This document shows positions 6,679 through 15,424 of a DNA stretch of 24,274 nucleotides, piece by piece (the stretch's first letter is position 1; the number at the start of each line of letters is the position of its first letter). The stretch spans positions 1 to 24,274 of the forward strand of contig JANPEF010000078.1 of assembly GCA_031431875.1 (NCBI GenBank), in the 5' to 3' direction. The notes below the pieces were generated by a model that worked only from the letters and a program-made list of their open reading frames with translations, did no database searches and was not told the DNA's origin. Both the position numbers and the translations under genes were made by a program. The stretch is from Candidatus Eiseniibacteriota bacterium (GTDB taxonomy: Bacteria > Eisenbacteria > RBG-16-71-46 > DASYSL01).

Positions 6679-8430
6679 ATGGTTTCCACGCAGCGCAAGC
6701 CCGCGGCCTTCGTGACCGGCGCCCCCATCGTCATCTGCCTGATCCTCGTCCACTCCCTGATCGCGGCGATCCCAGCCTTCGCCCAGTGGCTTCCCGACGG
6801 CGCCGCGGTCTGCACGGCCGCCGGCGACCAGACGCTCGTGGCCGCGGTTCCCGACGGCAGCAGCGGTGTCATCGTGTTCTGGGAGGATCGTCGCGCGGTC
6901 CCGGCGCGCGTGCGCGCGCAGCGGCTGAACGCGGCGGGCGTTGCGCAGTGGACCGCCGACGGGATCGAGATCTCCTCGCTGGCCGGGGCGCAGACCGCGC
7001 CGGTGGCCACGGTCGACGGCGTGGGCGGCGCGATCGTCGCGTGGGAAGCCGACACGAACGCGGGCGACGTCTACGCCCAGCGCATCGATGGAGCCGGCGT
7101 GCGCCAGTGGGGCGCGAACGGCGTCATCGTCGCGGGCTCGAACGGAACGCAGTGGAAGCCGCTCATCGTCTCCGACTTCCGGCCGGTGCTCGTCACCACA
7201 CCTGGCGCGCTCATCGCCTACGAGAGCACGGCGCTGGATGCCGGCGACCTGTACGTCGCGGCGCTCGACGCGGGCGGGGCCGTGCGCTGGATCACGTTCG
7301 CCGCCGTCGGCCCCGGCCGGCAGGGGCCGGCGGCCCTGGTCACCGACGGCAGCAGCACCACGCAATCCAATCCGAGGGGTGCGCTCCTCGCGTGGCGCGA
7401 CGAGCGCGTCGACGCGAACCAGGGCGAGATCTACGCGCAGCGCGTGAGCTCCGCCGGGGCGCCACTGTGGGGCGCCGGCGGGGCGCTCGTCTGTCCGGAG
7501 GGAGCGCTCACCGGCGCGCCGTCGCTCGTGCAGGTCGCCGCCGGAACGGGGATCGTCGCCTGGTCGCGCTTCACCGGCCTCTCGCGCAGCGACATCGACG
7601 TCCGCGCCGAGCGCATCGGCGGGGCCGGAAGCTGGGGCACCAATGGCGTCGCCGTGTGTGATTTCGGGGGCCGCCGGGGCAACGTCTCGATCGTGCGCGA
7701 CGCGGCGCTCGGCGCCATCGTCGCCTGGCGCGACCAGCGGTCCTTCTTCGAGCCGCGGGTCTACGCGCAACGGATCGACCAGTTCGGCGTAGCGCGCTGG
7801 GCCGACGACGGGATCCCCGTGGGCGGCGAGCTGGCGCCCGAGGGAAACGTCGCGACGGGTCCGGCGAACGCCGGCGGCGTGGTCACCTGGACCGACCGGC
7901 GCTACGGCAACGACGACCTCTTCGCGCAGCGCGTGGACTCGACCGGCACCCTGTTCTGGAATCCGTGGGGCGTGCCCGTCACGCGCGCGGCGAACCTTCA
8001 GTACGAGCAGGTCGTGATCGGCGACGGGGCAAGCGGGGCGATCGTCGTCTGGCACGACTATCGCGGCGTCGACGGCGACATCTACGCGCAGCGCGTGTTC
8101 AATGGCGAAGTCGTCGGCCTCGATCCGTTGCCCGCGTCGTCGCCGCGATCCCTGCGGCTCGGCCCGGCTGTTCCGAATCCGGTGCGCGCGGGCTGCGCGC
8201 TGGCGCTCGACCTGCCGGTCGCATCGACGGTCGACGCGGAAGTCCTCGCCGTCACCGGCCGCCGCGTGCGCACGCTGCTGGTCGGGGACGCGAGACTCGC
8301 CGGCCGCTCGACGCTCCGGTGGGACGGTTGCGACGATCGCGGCGCACCCGCCGCGCCCGGCCTCTACTTCGTACGGGTGGTCGCGGGCTCGATCGTCGAG
8401 TCGCAGCGCGTCGTCGTGGTGACTCCCTAG
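6679..8430 (+). CDS. Secreted repeat (probable beta-propeller) protein with C-terminal FlgD-Ig/T9SS-like domain
   Basis: Signal peptide ending AFA-Q. Eight repeats of DGxGGAIVAWxDxR...DIYAQRxxxxGxxxWxxxGxxV. Tail PAVPNPVR...VTGRRVRTL...LRWDGCDDRG...PGLYFVRV...QRVVVVTP. Confidence 0.88.
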   Translation: MVSTQRKPAAFVTGAPIVICLILVHSLIAAIPAFAQWLPDGAAVCTAAGDQTLVAAVPDGSSGVIVFWEDRRAVPARVRAQRLNAAGVAQWTADGIEISSLAGAQTAPVATVDGVGGAIVAWEADTNAGDVYAQRIDGAGVRQWGANGVIVAGSNGTQWKPLIVSDFRPVLVTTPGALIAYESTALDAGDLYVAALDAGGAVRWITFAAVGPGRQGPAALVTDGSSTTQSNPRGALLAWRDERVDANQGEIYAQRVSSAGAPLWGAGGALVCPEGALTGAPSLVQVAAGTGIVAWSRFTGLSRSDIDVRAERIGGAGSWGTNGVAVCDFGGRRGNVSIVRDAALGAIVAWRDQRSFFEPRVYAQRIDQFGVARWADDGIPVGGELAPEGNVATGPANAGGVVTWTDRRYGNDDLFAQRVDSTGTLFWNPWGVPVTRAANLQYEQVVIGDGASGAIVVWHDYRGVDGDIYAQRVFNGEVVGLDPLPASSPRSLRLGPAVPNPVRAGCALALDLPVASTVDAEVLAVTGRRVRTLLVGDARLAGRSTLRWDGCDDRGAPAAPGLYFVRVVAGSIVESQRVVVVTP

Positions 8431-9953
8431 CGCGGAGGGGCCGGCGTCGACCGGAGGATCGAGTCGAGGGCGGCCCAGGTGAAGACGTCGGTCCGGCCGT
8501 CGATTCCGTAGATGGCGTAGCGGACGTCGGCATCCGGGGGGGCGAGCTCGGGGACGAAGCGGACCTCGCGCACCGCAGGGAACAGCACGCGGATCGCCAT
8601 GCCATCGTAGGTCGCCGCGCGCACGTTGCGCTCCCAGTACGAGTCGGGACCGAAGGTGATGCGGACGGGGGACCAGAACCACAGCCGCGCGCCGGCCGGA
8701 AGCGCCGCACGCCCGATCCCCGCCGTGACCCGCTCGAGGACCAGCGCCCGATCGACGGTCGGATCGGCGCGCAGCGGACCGTCGCCAAGCGGGGCCGACT
8801 CGATCCGCTGGACGACCGCGCGGCCATTGAGCGTGAGCACGGCCAGGAGCCCGAAGGCGGTCGCTCCGGACAGCGCGCGCACCCGACTGGCGAGCAGCGC
8901 GTCGAATGCCGCCGCGACCATCCACGCGATCCCGGGCAGCGCCGCGTACGCATAGTAGTGATAGGTGTGATTGCGCAGCGGCAGGACGACGAGCAGGAGG
9001 AGCCCGAAGTACACGCCTGCCGCGATCCATCCCCGTCGTCGCAGCGCGCTGCTGAAGCAGCCCGCGACCCACACGGCGATCAGGCCGAGTCCGCGGCCGA
9101 ACATCGAAAAGTCGATCGCATCCGAGTAGCTGGTCACCAGTGGCGCCGGCACGTCGAGCATCCAGCCCGCATAGGTCAGCAGATTCTGCGCGACGTGCGG
9201 GCCGAATCCGACCGCATACGGGCGCGCCGCGTCGGGCTCGGCCGGTGCGCCGGTGCCGCCGAAGCCGACGAGCCACACGGCGAACCCGACCGAAAGCGCG
9301 AGGAGGGCGATCAGGAGGGGGTCGCGCGCCGGGGCCGGGCGCGTCGCGGACGGCCCCCGCGATGCACCCCACGCAAGGAACGGCAGGACGAACGGCATCA
9401 GCAGCGTCGACTCCTTGGACAGGAGCGACAGCGCGAACGTCGCAAGCGCCGCCCAGCGCCACGCATCGCGCCGCTCGAACAGCAGCAGCATGCCCAGCCC
9501 GAAAGCGAGCGCGAGAGGGTCGCCGATCGCGGCAATCCAGTAGACGGCGGTGTACGCCGCGGGATGGGTCGCGAAGAACGCGGCGCCGACGGCGGCAGCC
9601 GGTGCAGACACTCGGCGGTGGAGGAACGCCCACAGCAAGCCGGAACACGCTGCGTGCACGGCGACGCTCGCGGCGTGATAGGGGAGGGCCTCGAGGCCGA
9701 ACAGCCGGTGCCCGGCGTCGAAGAATGCCTGCTGCGAGAGCCAGCGCCACGGGCTCCCCAATGCGGGCAGCAGTCCCGTGGCGCGCGCGAGTCCTGCAAA
9801 GTCGTCCTGGGAGAAACCGTATCGCGTCGCGCCGGCGTAGACGACGACCGCGCTGGCGATCACGACGAGCAGGCATGCGACGCGTTCGGCGACCGGCTCG
9901 AGGGGGGCGGCGTCGGGTGTGGAAGCTGGTCGGGCAGGCGGGGAGTGGGGCAT
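8427..9953 (-). CDS. Multi-pass membrane glycosyltransferase, GT-C fold (PMT/TMTC-like)
   Basis: About 10-11 hydrophobic segments; DD motif after TM1 (YGFSQDDF); PYHAAS, FATHPAAYTAVYWIAAIGD, LLSKES. ATG 9953 lies 5 nt after the upstream gene's stop. Confidence 0.78.
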   Translation of the reverse strand: MPHSPPARPASTPDAAPLEPVAERVACLLVVIASAVVVYAGATRYGFSQDDFAGLARATGLLPALGSPWRWLSQQAFFDAGHRLFGLEALPYHAASVAVHAACSGLLWAFLHRRVSAPAAAVGAAFFATHPAAYTAVYWIAAIGDPLALAFGLGMLLLFERRDAWRWAALATFALSLLSKESTLLMPFVLPFLAWGASRGPSATRPAPARDPLLIALLALSVGFAVWLVGFGGTGAPAEPDAARPYAVGFGPHVAQNLLTYAGWMLDVPAPLVTSYSDAIDFSMFGRGLGLIAVWVAGCFSSALRRRGWIAAGVYFGLLLLVVLPLRNHTYHYYAYAALPGIAWMVAAAFDALLASRVRALSGATAFGLLAVLTLNGRAVVQRIESAPLGDGPLRADPTVDRALVLERVTAGIGRAALPAGARLWFWSPVRITFGPDSYWERNVRAATYDGMAIRVLFPAVREVRFVPELAPPDADVRYAIYGIDGRTDVFTWAALDSILRSTPAPPR

Positions 9954-9958
9954 GGAAC

Positions 9959-12010
9959 TCAGCGCGTTTCGGCCTGTCGCAGGCCGGCGAGCACCCGCAC
10001 GAGCACCGCGTCGGGTTGCGGTCCCGGCTGCAGCGCCTGCGCCCGCTCGAGCGAGTGCTGGGCCTGCCGCTCGCGCGAGGTCCGCGCCTGCAGCAGTCCC
10101 CAGCGCTTCCACATCGTCCAGTCGTGCGGGCTCAGCGCGCGAGCTGCGAACGCCTCGATCGTGCCGCCGTTCTGGCCGTCCGGGTGCTGGAGCAGCAGGT
10201 CCGCGAGAAGGGCATGGCCCCGCGGGTCGAGTTGGTGTCGCTCCAGTCCCGCACTGATGAGCTGGATCGCGCGCTCCAGTTCACCGCCCGCGGCGACCTG
10301 TTCGATGGCCTCGATGCCCGGAATCGGTCCGCCGGCGGGCGTCACGTTGGCGCGCAGGAGGAACGCGCGGGCGGCGAGCGAGTCGCCGCGCCACAGCGCG
10401 AGCCATGCGCGCAGGTAGTGAGTGGCGGCATCGTCGGGAGACTCGCGCAGGGCGAGCGCCACCGCGACCTCGACCCCATCGAGCGCATCACTGAGCAGGA
10501 GTCCGTACGCGACGTGGCGATAGCGTGCGGGGCCCGCGATCTCGTGAAGGTCGCCCCCGGCCGCAGTGAAAAAATACACCGGGCCCCGCAGCGTGTCGGC
10601 CGCCGAGAGCTGGGAGATGAAACGCGAGCGCAAGGTCGTGTCGGCATAGGCCCAGCGCAGCACTGCGCCGTCCCCGCTCTGCCAGCCGGCGAACGCCGGG
10701 AGTCCCGCGAAGAGGACCGTGCTGTGCGGCGGCAGCGTCGGCCGAAGCCGCTTCAGCGCGGCAAGGTACGCGCTGTGCTGCGCCTCGCCCCGGCGCAGGT
10801 AGAATCCGTTGACCCGCGAGAGCGCCTTCCACGGAATTGCGCGCGGCTCCATCTCCTCGATCCCCCAGCCCCGCCACGCCCCGAGCGCAAGCACGATCGC
10901 GGCGGTGACGACCCACGCCGCCCGGCGACGCGCGAGAAACCCGCCCATGCCGACCGCCGCGAAGCAGATGGCAGACGTATATTGGTACGCGCTCCAGACG
11001 GAAACCACCGCGGCAACGGGGAGCGCGGCGAGCAGCGCCGCGATGCCGAGAGTCCAGGGCGGCAGGGTGGCGGTGGGGAGCTCCGAGCGATCGGGAGGCG
11101 CCCCCGCGAGGATCAGGCCGACGCCGACGAGCGCGACGAACGCGATGAAGACCGCCATCAGGCCGGGCGCCGGAAATCCCATCGCGGTCGCCGGTGTGCC
11201 CTCGAGCCCGCACAGGACGCACACGAAGTGCCAGAGCGCTGCAGGAACGGCCTCCGGACCGGCCACGACATCCCCCGTGGTTCCCGCGAGGGACGACGTG
11301 AACGCGGGGACCCAGGCGACGCCCCACAGCGCGAGTGCCACGGCGAGCCCCCCCGCGCGGCGCAACGCGCCCCACCAGGGCTCGCCCGCGCGTCGGTCGA
11401 TGAGCACCGCGACGAGCGGCGTGAGGATCGCGGTCTCCTTCGAGAACAGCGCGACAAGCAGCGCCACCGCGGCGAGCCCGCGCCGCCCGCTCACGTGAAG
11501 CAGGAGGCAGGCGAGTGCGGCAAGCGTCGCCCACAGGTCCTGGCTGCCCGAGACCCAGCGCACCGCGGCCTCGGGCGCCGGGTGGATCGCGACGATCGCG
11601 GCGGCGAGCATGCCCGCGCGGGCACCGAACAGCCGGCGCGCGAGCAGGAACACAAGAGTCACGATCCCGGCGAAGAGCGCGAGGTTCACGGCGTGGAACG
11701 GGAGGGCGTGCTCGCCAGCCAGGCGCGACAGCAGCCACCAGTGGAGCTTCGTCGACCACGGCCGGAAGAACGGACCAATGGGCGAGGGATCGGTGAGGGC
11801 CGACCCCAGAGAGCGGCCACGGACATCATCGAGGAACCACAGGTCGTCGCCGAAGAAGGGCGCGAACAGGCCGCGCGCGTGCAGCGCAAGCGTCGCGCAG
11901 AGAATCAGCCCGAGCGCGGCGAGGGAGGAGGCCCACGGGCGCGCGGCGCGCGTGGGCGCCCCGGTGGGGGGAGTCCGTCGATCGATTCGCCGCGATCGTC
12001 CCTTGTCCAT
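9959..12010 (-). CDS. Multi-pass membrane glycosyltransferase, GT-C fold (TMTC-like), with C-terminal TPR-like repeats
   Basis: APFFGDDLWF, FFRPW, PFHAVN, AIHPAPEAAVRWVSGSQD, LFSKET. C-terminal helical repeats (SPDDAATHYLRA, DPRGHALLA, SPHDWTMWKRWG, ERAQALQP). Start ATG 12010; the ORF-track extension to 12907 is antisense to the SDR. Confidence 0.8.
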   Translation of the reverse strand: MDKGRSRRIDRRTPPTGAPTRAARPWASSLAALGLILCATLALHARGLFAPFFGDDLWFLDDVRGRSLGSALTDPSPIGPFFRPWSTKLHWWLLSRLAGEHALPFHAVNLALFAGIVTLVFLLARRLFGARAGMLAAAIVAIHPAPEAAVRWVSGSQDLWATLAALACLLLHVSGRRGLAAVALLVALFSKETAILTPLVAVLIDRRAGEPWWGALRRAGGLAVALALWGVAWVPAFTSSLAGTTGDVVAGPEAVPAALWHFVCVLCGLEGTPATAMGFPAPGLMAVFIAFVALVGVGLILAGAPPDRSELPTATLPPWTLGIAALLAALPVAAVVSVWSAYQYTSAICFAAVGMGGFLARRRAAWVVTAAIVLALGAWRGWGIEEMEPRAIPWKALSRVNGFYLRRGEAQHSAYLAALKRLRPTLPPHSTVLFAGLPAFAGWQSGDGAVLRWAYADTTLRSRFISQLSAADTLRGPVYFFTAAGGDLHEIAGPARYRHVAYGLLLSDALDGVEVAVALALRESPDDAATHYLRAWLALWRGDSLAARAFLLRANVTPAGGPIPGIEAIEQVAAGGELERAIQLISAGLERHQLDPRGHALLADLLLQHPDGQNGGTIEAFAARALSPHDWTMWKRWGLLQARTSRERQAQHSLERAQALQPGPQPDAVLVRVLAGLRQAETR

Positions 12011-12118
12011 GGCCGGAAGGTAATCGATTCGGTCCGCTTCCCGATACCCGGTCCTGTCCCGACAGGCTATCCTCCCGGCCATGTCCACCCTCCCCACGAC
12101 CCGCGCGCAGAGCCCGCG

Positions 12119-12934
12119 ATGACCTGGCCCGGGCGCTATGCCGGGAAGACCGTCATCGTCACCGGCGCGAGTGGCGACCTGGGGCGCGCCGTCGTGGCGG
12201 CATTCGCCGCCGAGGGCGCCGCGCTGGGCCTCGTCTACGGGAAGAACCGCGCTGCCGCCGAGGCGCTTGCCGCCGACCCCGCCGTCGTGCCGTCGGGCCG
12301 CGCAGTCGCGCTCGCGGGCGTCGACCTCGCGGCGTCGCACGCAAAGGTCGGCAAGTCGGTGCACGCGGCGTGCGCCTCGTTGCTCGAGACGCTGGGACGC
12401 TGCGACACGCTCGTCGCGCTGGCGGGGCTGCCCGCCACGCCCGCCCTGTGGCAGAAGTCGCTGCCCGAGGTCACCGCCGAGGACCTGCACGCCGCATTCG
12501 CCGTCGACACCGTCGGCACATTCCTGTTCGCCCAGGCTCTGGCGCCGACGCTTGCCGCGGCCAGGGGCTCGATCGTCGTGATGAGTTCGTCGGCCGCATT
12601 CTACGGCGACGTGCTCGGCCTTGCGTTCGCACCGGCGAAGAGCGCCAACGCGGGCCTGGTGAAGCTGCTCGCGCGTGTGCTCGCGCCCGACGTTCGCGTC
12701 AACGGGATCGCGCCCGGCGGGATCGCGACGGGTTGGCTGGCCACGCTCGACGACGCGCAGCGCGCGCACGCGGCCGAGCAGACGCTGGTCGGCCGGCTGG
12801 GCGCCCCGGCCGAGGTGGCGCAGGCGATCCTCGAGCTGGCCACCAACGGCTACCTCAACGGCCAGGTCGTGCCGCTCGACGGAGGTATCTTCCCGCGTTC
12901 GGCGCATCCGAGCGGAGCGAAGCGCGCCCCGTAG
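12119..12934 (+). CDS. SDR family oxidoreductase (atypical: FxxxK instead of YxxxK)
   Basis: GKTVIVTGASGDLG Rossmann motif, GSIVVMSS, VRVNGIAPGGIAT, GRLGAPAEVA, YLNGQVVPLDGG. Confidence 0.92.
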   Translation: MTWPGRYAGKTVIVTGASGDLGRAVVAAFAAEGAALGLVYGKNRAAAEALAADPAVVPSGRAVALAGVDLAASHAKVGKSVHAACASLLETLGRCDTLVALAGLPATPALWQKSLPEVTAEDLHAAFAVDTVGTFLFAQALAPTLAAARGSIVVMSSSAAFYGDVLGLAFAPAKSANAGLVKLLARVLAPDVRVNGIAPGGIATGWLATLDDAQRAHAAEQTLVGRLGAPAEVAQAILELATNGYLNGQVVPLDGGIFPRSAHPSGAKRAP

Positions 12935-12991
12935 CGTTTCCGCTAAAGTTCACGATCAAGGGGACCGCGCAGTCTGCCGATACCCACCTGC

Positions 12992-14734
12992 GTGAACCCT
13001 TCTCCCCCGACTCCCGACAGTCCCGCGGCGATCATCGCTCGCGAGAGCCGGCAGCGCCGTCGCCTGGCGGCGCTGCTCGACGTCAGTCGCCTGGTTGCCT
13101 CCTCGCTCGACCCGCAGGCCATCCTCGAGACCGTGGCGGACAAGATGAGCGACCTCGTCGGCGCGACCGAGGTGACCATCTTCGGGGTCGACGACGACGG
13201 GAAGATGCTGCTTCCGCTCGTCGCCCGCGTCGAGGAGAAGTACATGGCCGACGTGATGCGCATGCGCATCCGGATCGGCGAGGGGATCACGGGCTACGTG
13301 TTCACCAGCGGTGTTCCCGAGATCGTCGGCCACGCCGAGACCGACTCCCGCTCCGTGCAGGTGCAGGGCACGCCCGAGGACGAGGCCACCTCGCTCGTGT
13401 GCGTGCCGTTCTCGGTGCACGACAAGCCGGCCGGCGTCATCACGCTGTCGCGCTACGGCGTCGACCAGTTCACCCCCGAGGACCTCGAGATCGTCACCAT
13501 CTTCGCGGGCCACTGCTCGGTCGCGTTCGCCAACGCCGGCCTCTACGCCGACCTGCGCAAGGCGTTCGAGGAACTGCGCGCCACGCAGACCCAGCTCGTA
13601 CAGTCGGCCAAGCTCAATGCCCTCGGCGAAATGGCATCGGGCGTGGCCCACGACTTCAACAACATGCTGGCGGCGATCCTGGGGCGCACGCAGCTCCTGC
13701 TCGCCCGCGCCGAGGATCCCGAGACCCGTCGCTCGCTCGAGCTGATCGAGCAGACCGCGCAGGACGGCGCGCAGACCGTGCGCCGCATCCAGGAGTTCAC
13801 GCGCGTGCGCATGGACGAGGTGCTCGACGAGGTCGACCTCAATCGCATCCTGCTCGATGTCGTCGAGCTGACGCGGCCGTCGTGGCAGACGCAGGCCAAG
13901 GCGCACGGTGCGGTGATCGACATCAGGAAGGACCTGGCGCCGGTCGCGCTGGTCGCGGGTAGCGCCTCGGAGTTGCGCGAGGTGTTCACCAACCTGGTGC
14001 TCAATGCCGTCGACGCCATGTACGGCGGCGGCACGCTCACGCTCACGACCGCGCTGGAGGACGGGCGCGTGATCGCCAGCGTGACGGACACGGGTCACGG
14101 CATGGACGACCAGGTGCAGGCGCGCTGCTTCGATCCGTTCTTCACCACCAAGGCGGTCAAGGGCACCGGGCTCGGCTTGAGCGTCGCCTACGGCATCATC
14201 GGCCGCCACAAGGCCACGATCGAGGTCACCAGCGTCCCGCACGAGGGCACGACCTTCCGCCTCGCGTTTCCGCTGCGCGCCGGCGCCCGCGTGCCGGCGA
14301 ACTCGCCGGATGCGGCGGGAGACATCGGCTCGTTCCGCGCGCTCGTCATCGACGACGAACCGGCGGTGCTGTCCGTGCTGTCCGAGTTGCTCGAGGTCCT
14401 GGGGCACGACCCCACGCCCGCGCTGGGCGGGCCCGAGGGGATGGTGCGCCTGCGCGAGTTCGCGGCGGGCGGAGCCGCGGCGATGCCCGAGGTGATCTTC
14501 ACCGATCTGGGCATGCCGGGCGTCAGCGGGTGGGACATCGCGGCCGAGGCAAAGCGCATTGCCCCCGACGCCGCAGTCGTCCTGGTGACCGGCTGGGGCG
14601 TCCAACTCGATGTCGAGAGCGCGCGCGCCAAGGGCGTCGACTTCCTGATGGGCAAGCCGTTCACTGTCGAGGACGTCGAATCGACGCTGCGCAAGATCCG
14701 CCTGCGCGAAGCGGGTGTGCGCGAAGCGGCGTAG
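12992..14734 (+). CDS. Cytoplasmic hybrid sensor histidine kinase (GAF-HisKA-HATPase-REC)
   Basis: GAF (GEGITGYV, SLVCVPF); H-box AHDFNNML; N-box NLVLNAVDAM; DTGHGM, FDPFFTTK, GTGLGLS; receiver IDDE...TDLGMPG...VTGW...KPF. No TM segments. Confidence 0.95.
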   Translation: MNPSPPTPDSPAAIIARESRQRRRLAALLDVSRLVASSLDPQAILETVADKMSDLVGATEVTIFGVDDDGKMLLPLVARVEEKYMADVMRMRIRIGEGITGYVFTSGVPEIVGHAETDSRSVQVQGTPEDEATSLVCVPFSVHDKPAGVITLSRYGVDQFTPEDLEIVTIFAGHCSVAFANAGLYADLRKAFEELRATQTQLVQSAKLNALGEMASGVAHDFNNMLAAILGRTQLLLARAEDPETRRSLELIEQTAQDGAQTVRRIQEFTRVRMDEVLDEVDLNRILLDVVELTRPSWQTQAKAHGAVIDIRKDLAPVALVAGSASELREVFTNLVLNAVDAMYGGGTLTLTTALEDGRVIASVTDTGHGMDDQVQARCFDPFFTTKAVKGTGLGLSVAYGIIGRHKATIEVTSVPHEGTTFRLAFPLRAGARVPANSPDAAGDIGSFRALVIDDEPAVLSVLSELLEVLGHDPTPALGGPEGMVRLREFAAGGAAAMPEVIFTDLGMPGVSGWDIAAEAKRIAPDAAVVLVTGWGVQLDVESARAKGVDFLMGKPFTVEDVESTLRKIRLREAGVREAA

Positions 14735-14755
14735 TCCGCCCCGCTCCTCAGCGCC

Positions 14756-15403
14756 TCATTCGTTCGCTCCAGCGCCCGCGCCCGCGGGCAGCTCGCCCTT
14801 CGCCTCCAGCGCCTCGCGCGTCATGCGCACCAGTTCCGGCCCCGTCGGCAATCCCCCCGAGATCATCCACGTGATCCGCCCCTTCTTGTTGATGAGGAAC
14901 GCGCCGGGGCGCGGGTTCGACGACACCGGGTCGTACATGCCGTAGGTCCGCGCGGTCACCGAGGCGCGATCCGTCAGCAGCTGGAGCTTCGGCACGGTGA
15001 CCCAGTCCTTCTGCTTGTCGCGGCCGAACGGCGCGAGAATGACCGCGCCCAGGCCGAGCTCGGCCAGGCCGTCGGCGGCCGCTTCGATGTCGACGCACTC
15101 CTGTGGCCGGCGCACGAAGACGACGAGCCACGGCTTCGTGCGACGCGCTTCCATCAGGTGGAATGTCCTGCCGTCCTGGTCGCGCTGGTTGATGTCGGGC
15201 GCGGGGTCGCCCACCAGGTAGCGTCCGATGCCGGTCGAGACGGGGCCGGGCGACTGGTAGTTCTCGTCGCCGGGTTCGGTCACGGGCCGGGGCTGGGAAT
15301 TCTTGTCGGGATCCTGCGCCCGGGCGGGATCGGTCGTCGCGCAGAGCAGGCAGAAGAGGAGCGCGCCGGGGACGACGCGCGTGAGGCGAATCGGTGCGGG
15401 CAT
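14756..15403 (-). CDS. Exported redoxin/AhpC-TSA-like thioredoxin-fold protein with degenerate active site
   Basis: VGDPAPDI.....[21 protein letters not shown] and [14 protein letters not shown] are redoxin-fold motifs. N-terminal signal peptide. No CxxC. Confidence 0.78.
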   Translation of the reverse strand: MPAPIRLTRVVPGALLFCLLCATTDPARAQDPDKNSQPRPVTEPGDENYQSPGPVSTGIGRYLVGDPAPDINQRDQDGRTFHLMEARRTKPWLVVFVRRPQECVDIEAAADGLAELGLGAVILAPFGRDKQKDWVTVPKLQLLTDRASVTARTYGMYDPVSSNPRPGAFLINKKGRITWMISGGLPTGPELVRMTREALEAKGELPAGAGAGANE

Positions 15404-15424
15404 GGCCGAACCTCCCGGCCGGGG

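Noticed and set aside
6592..9876. 1094-aa minus-strand ORF (also 7965..10418 +, 12956..14605 -, 258..1475 +)
   Set aside because: Arg/Ala/Pro-rich shadow frames overlapping well-supported genes; expected from stop-codon scarcity at high GC.
9140..12934. Apparent 1264-aa protein ending in an SDR domain
   Set aside because: Only 12119-12934 is protein-like; the rest is antisense to the GT-C genes.
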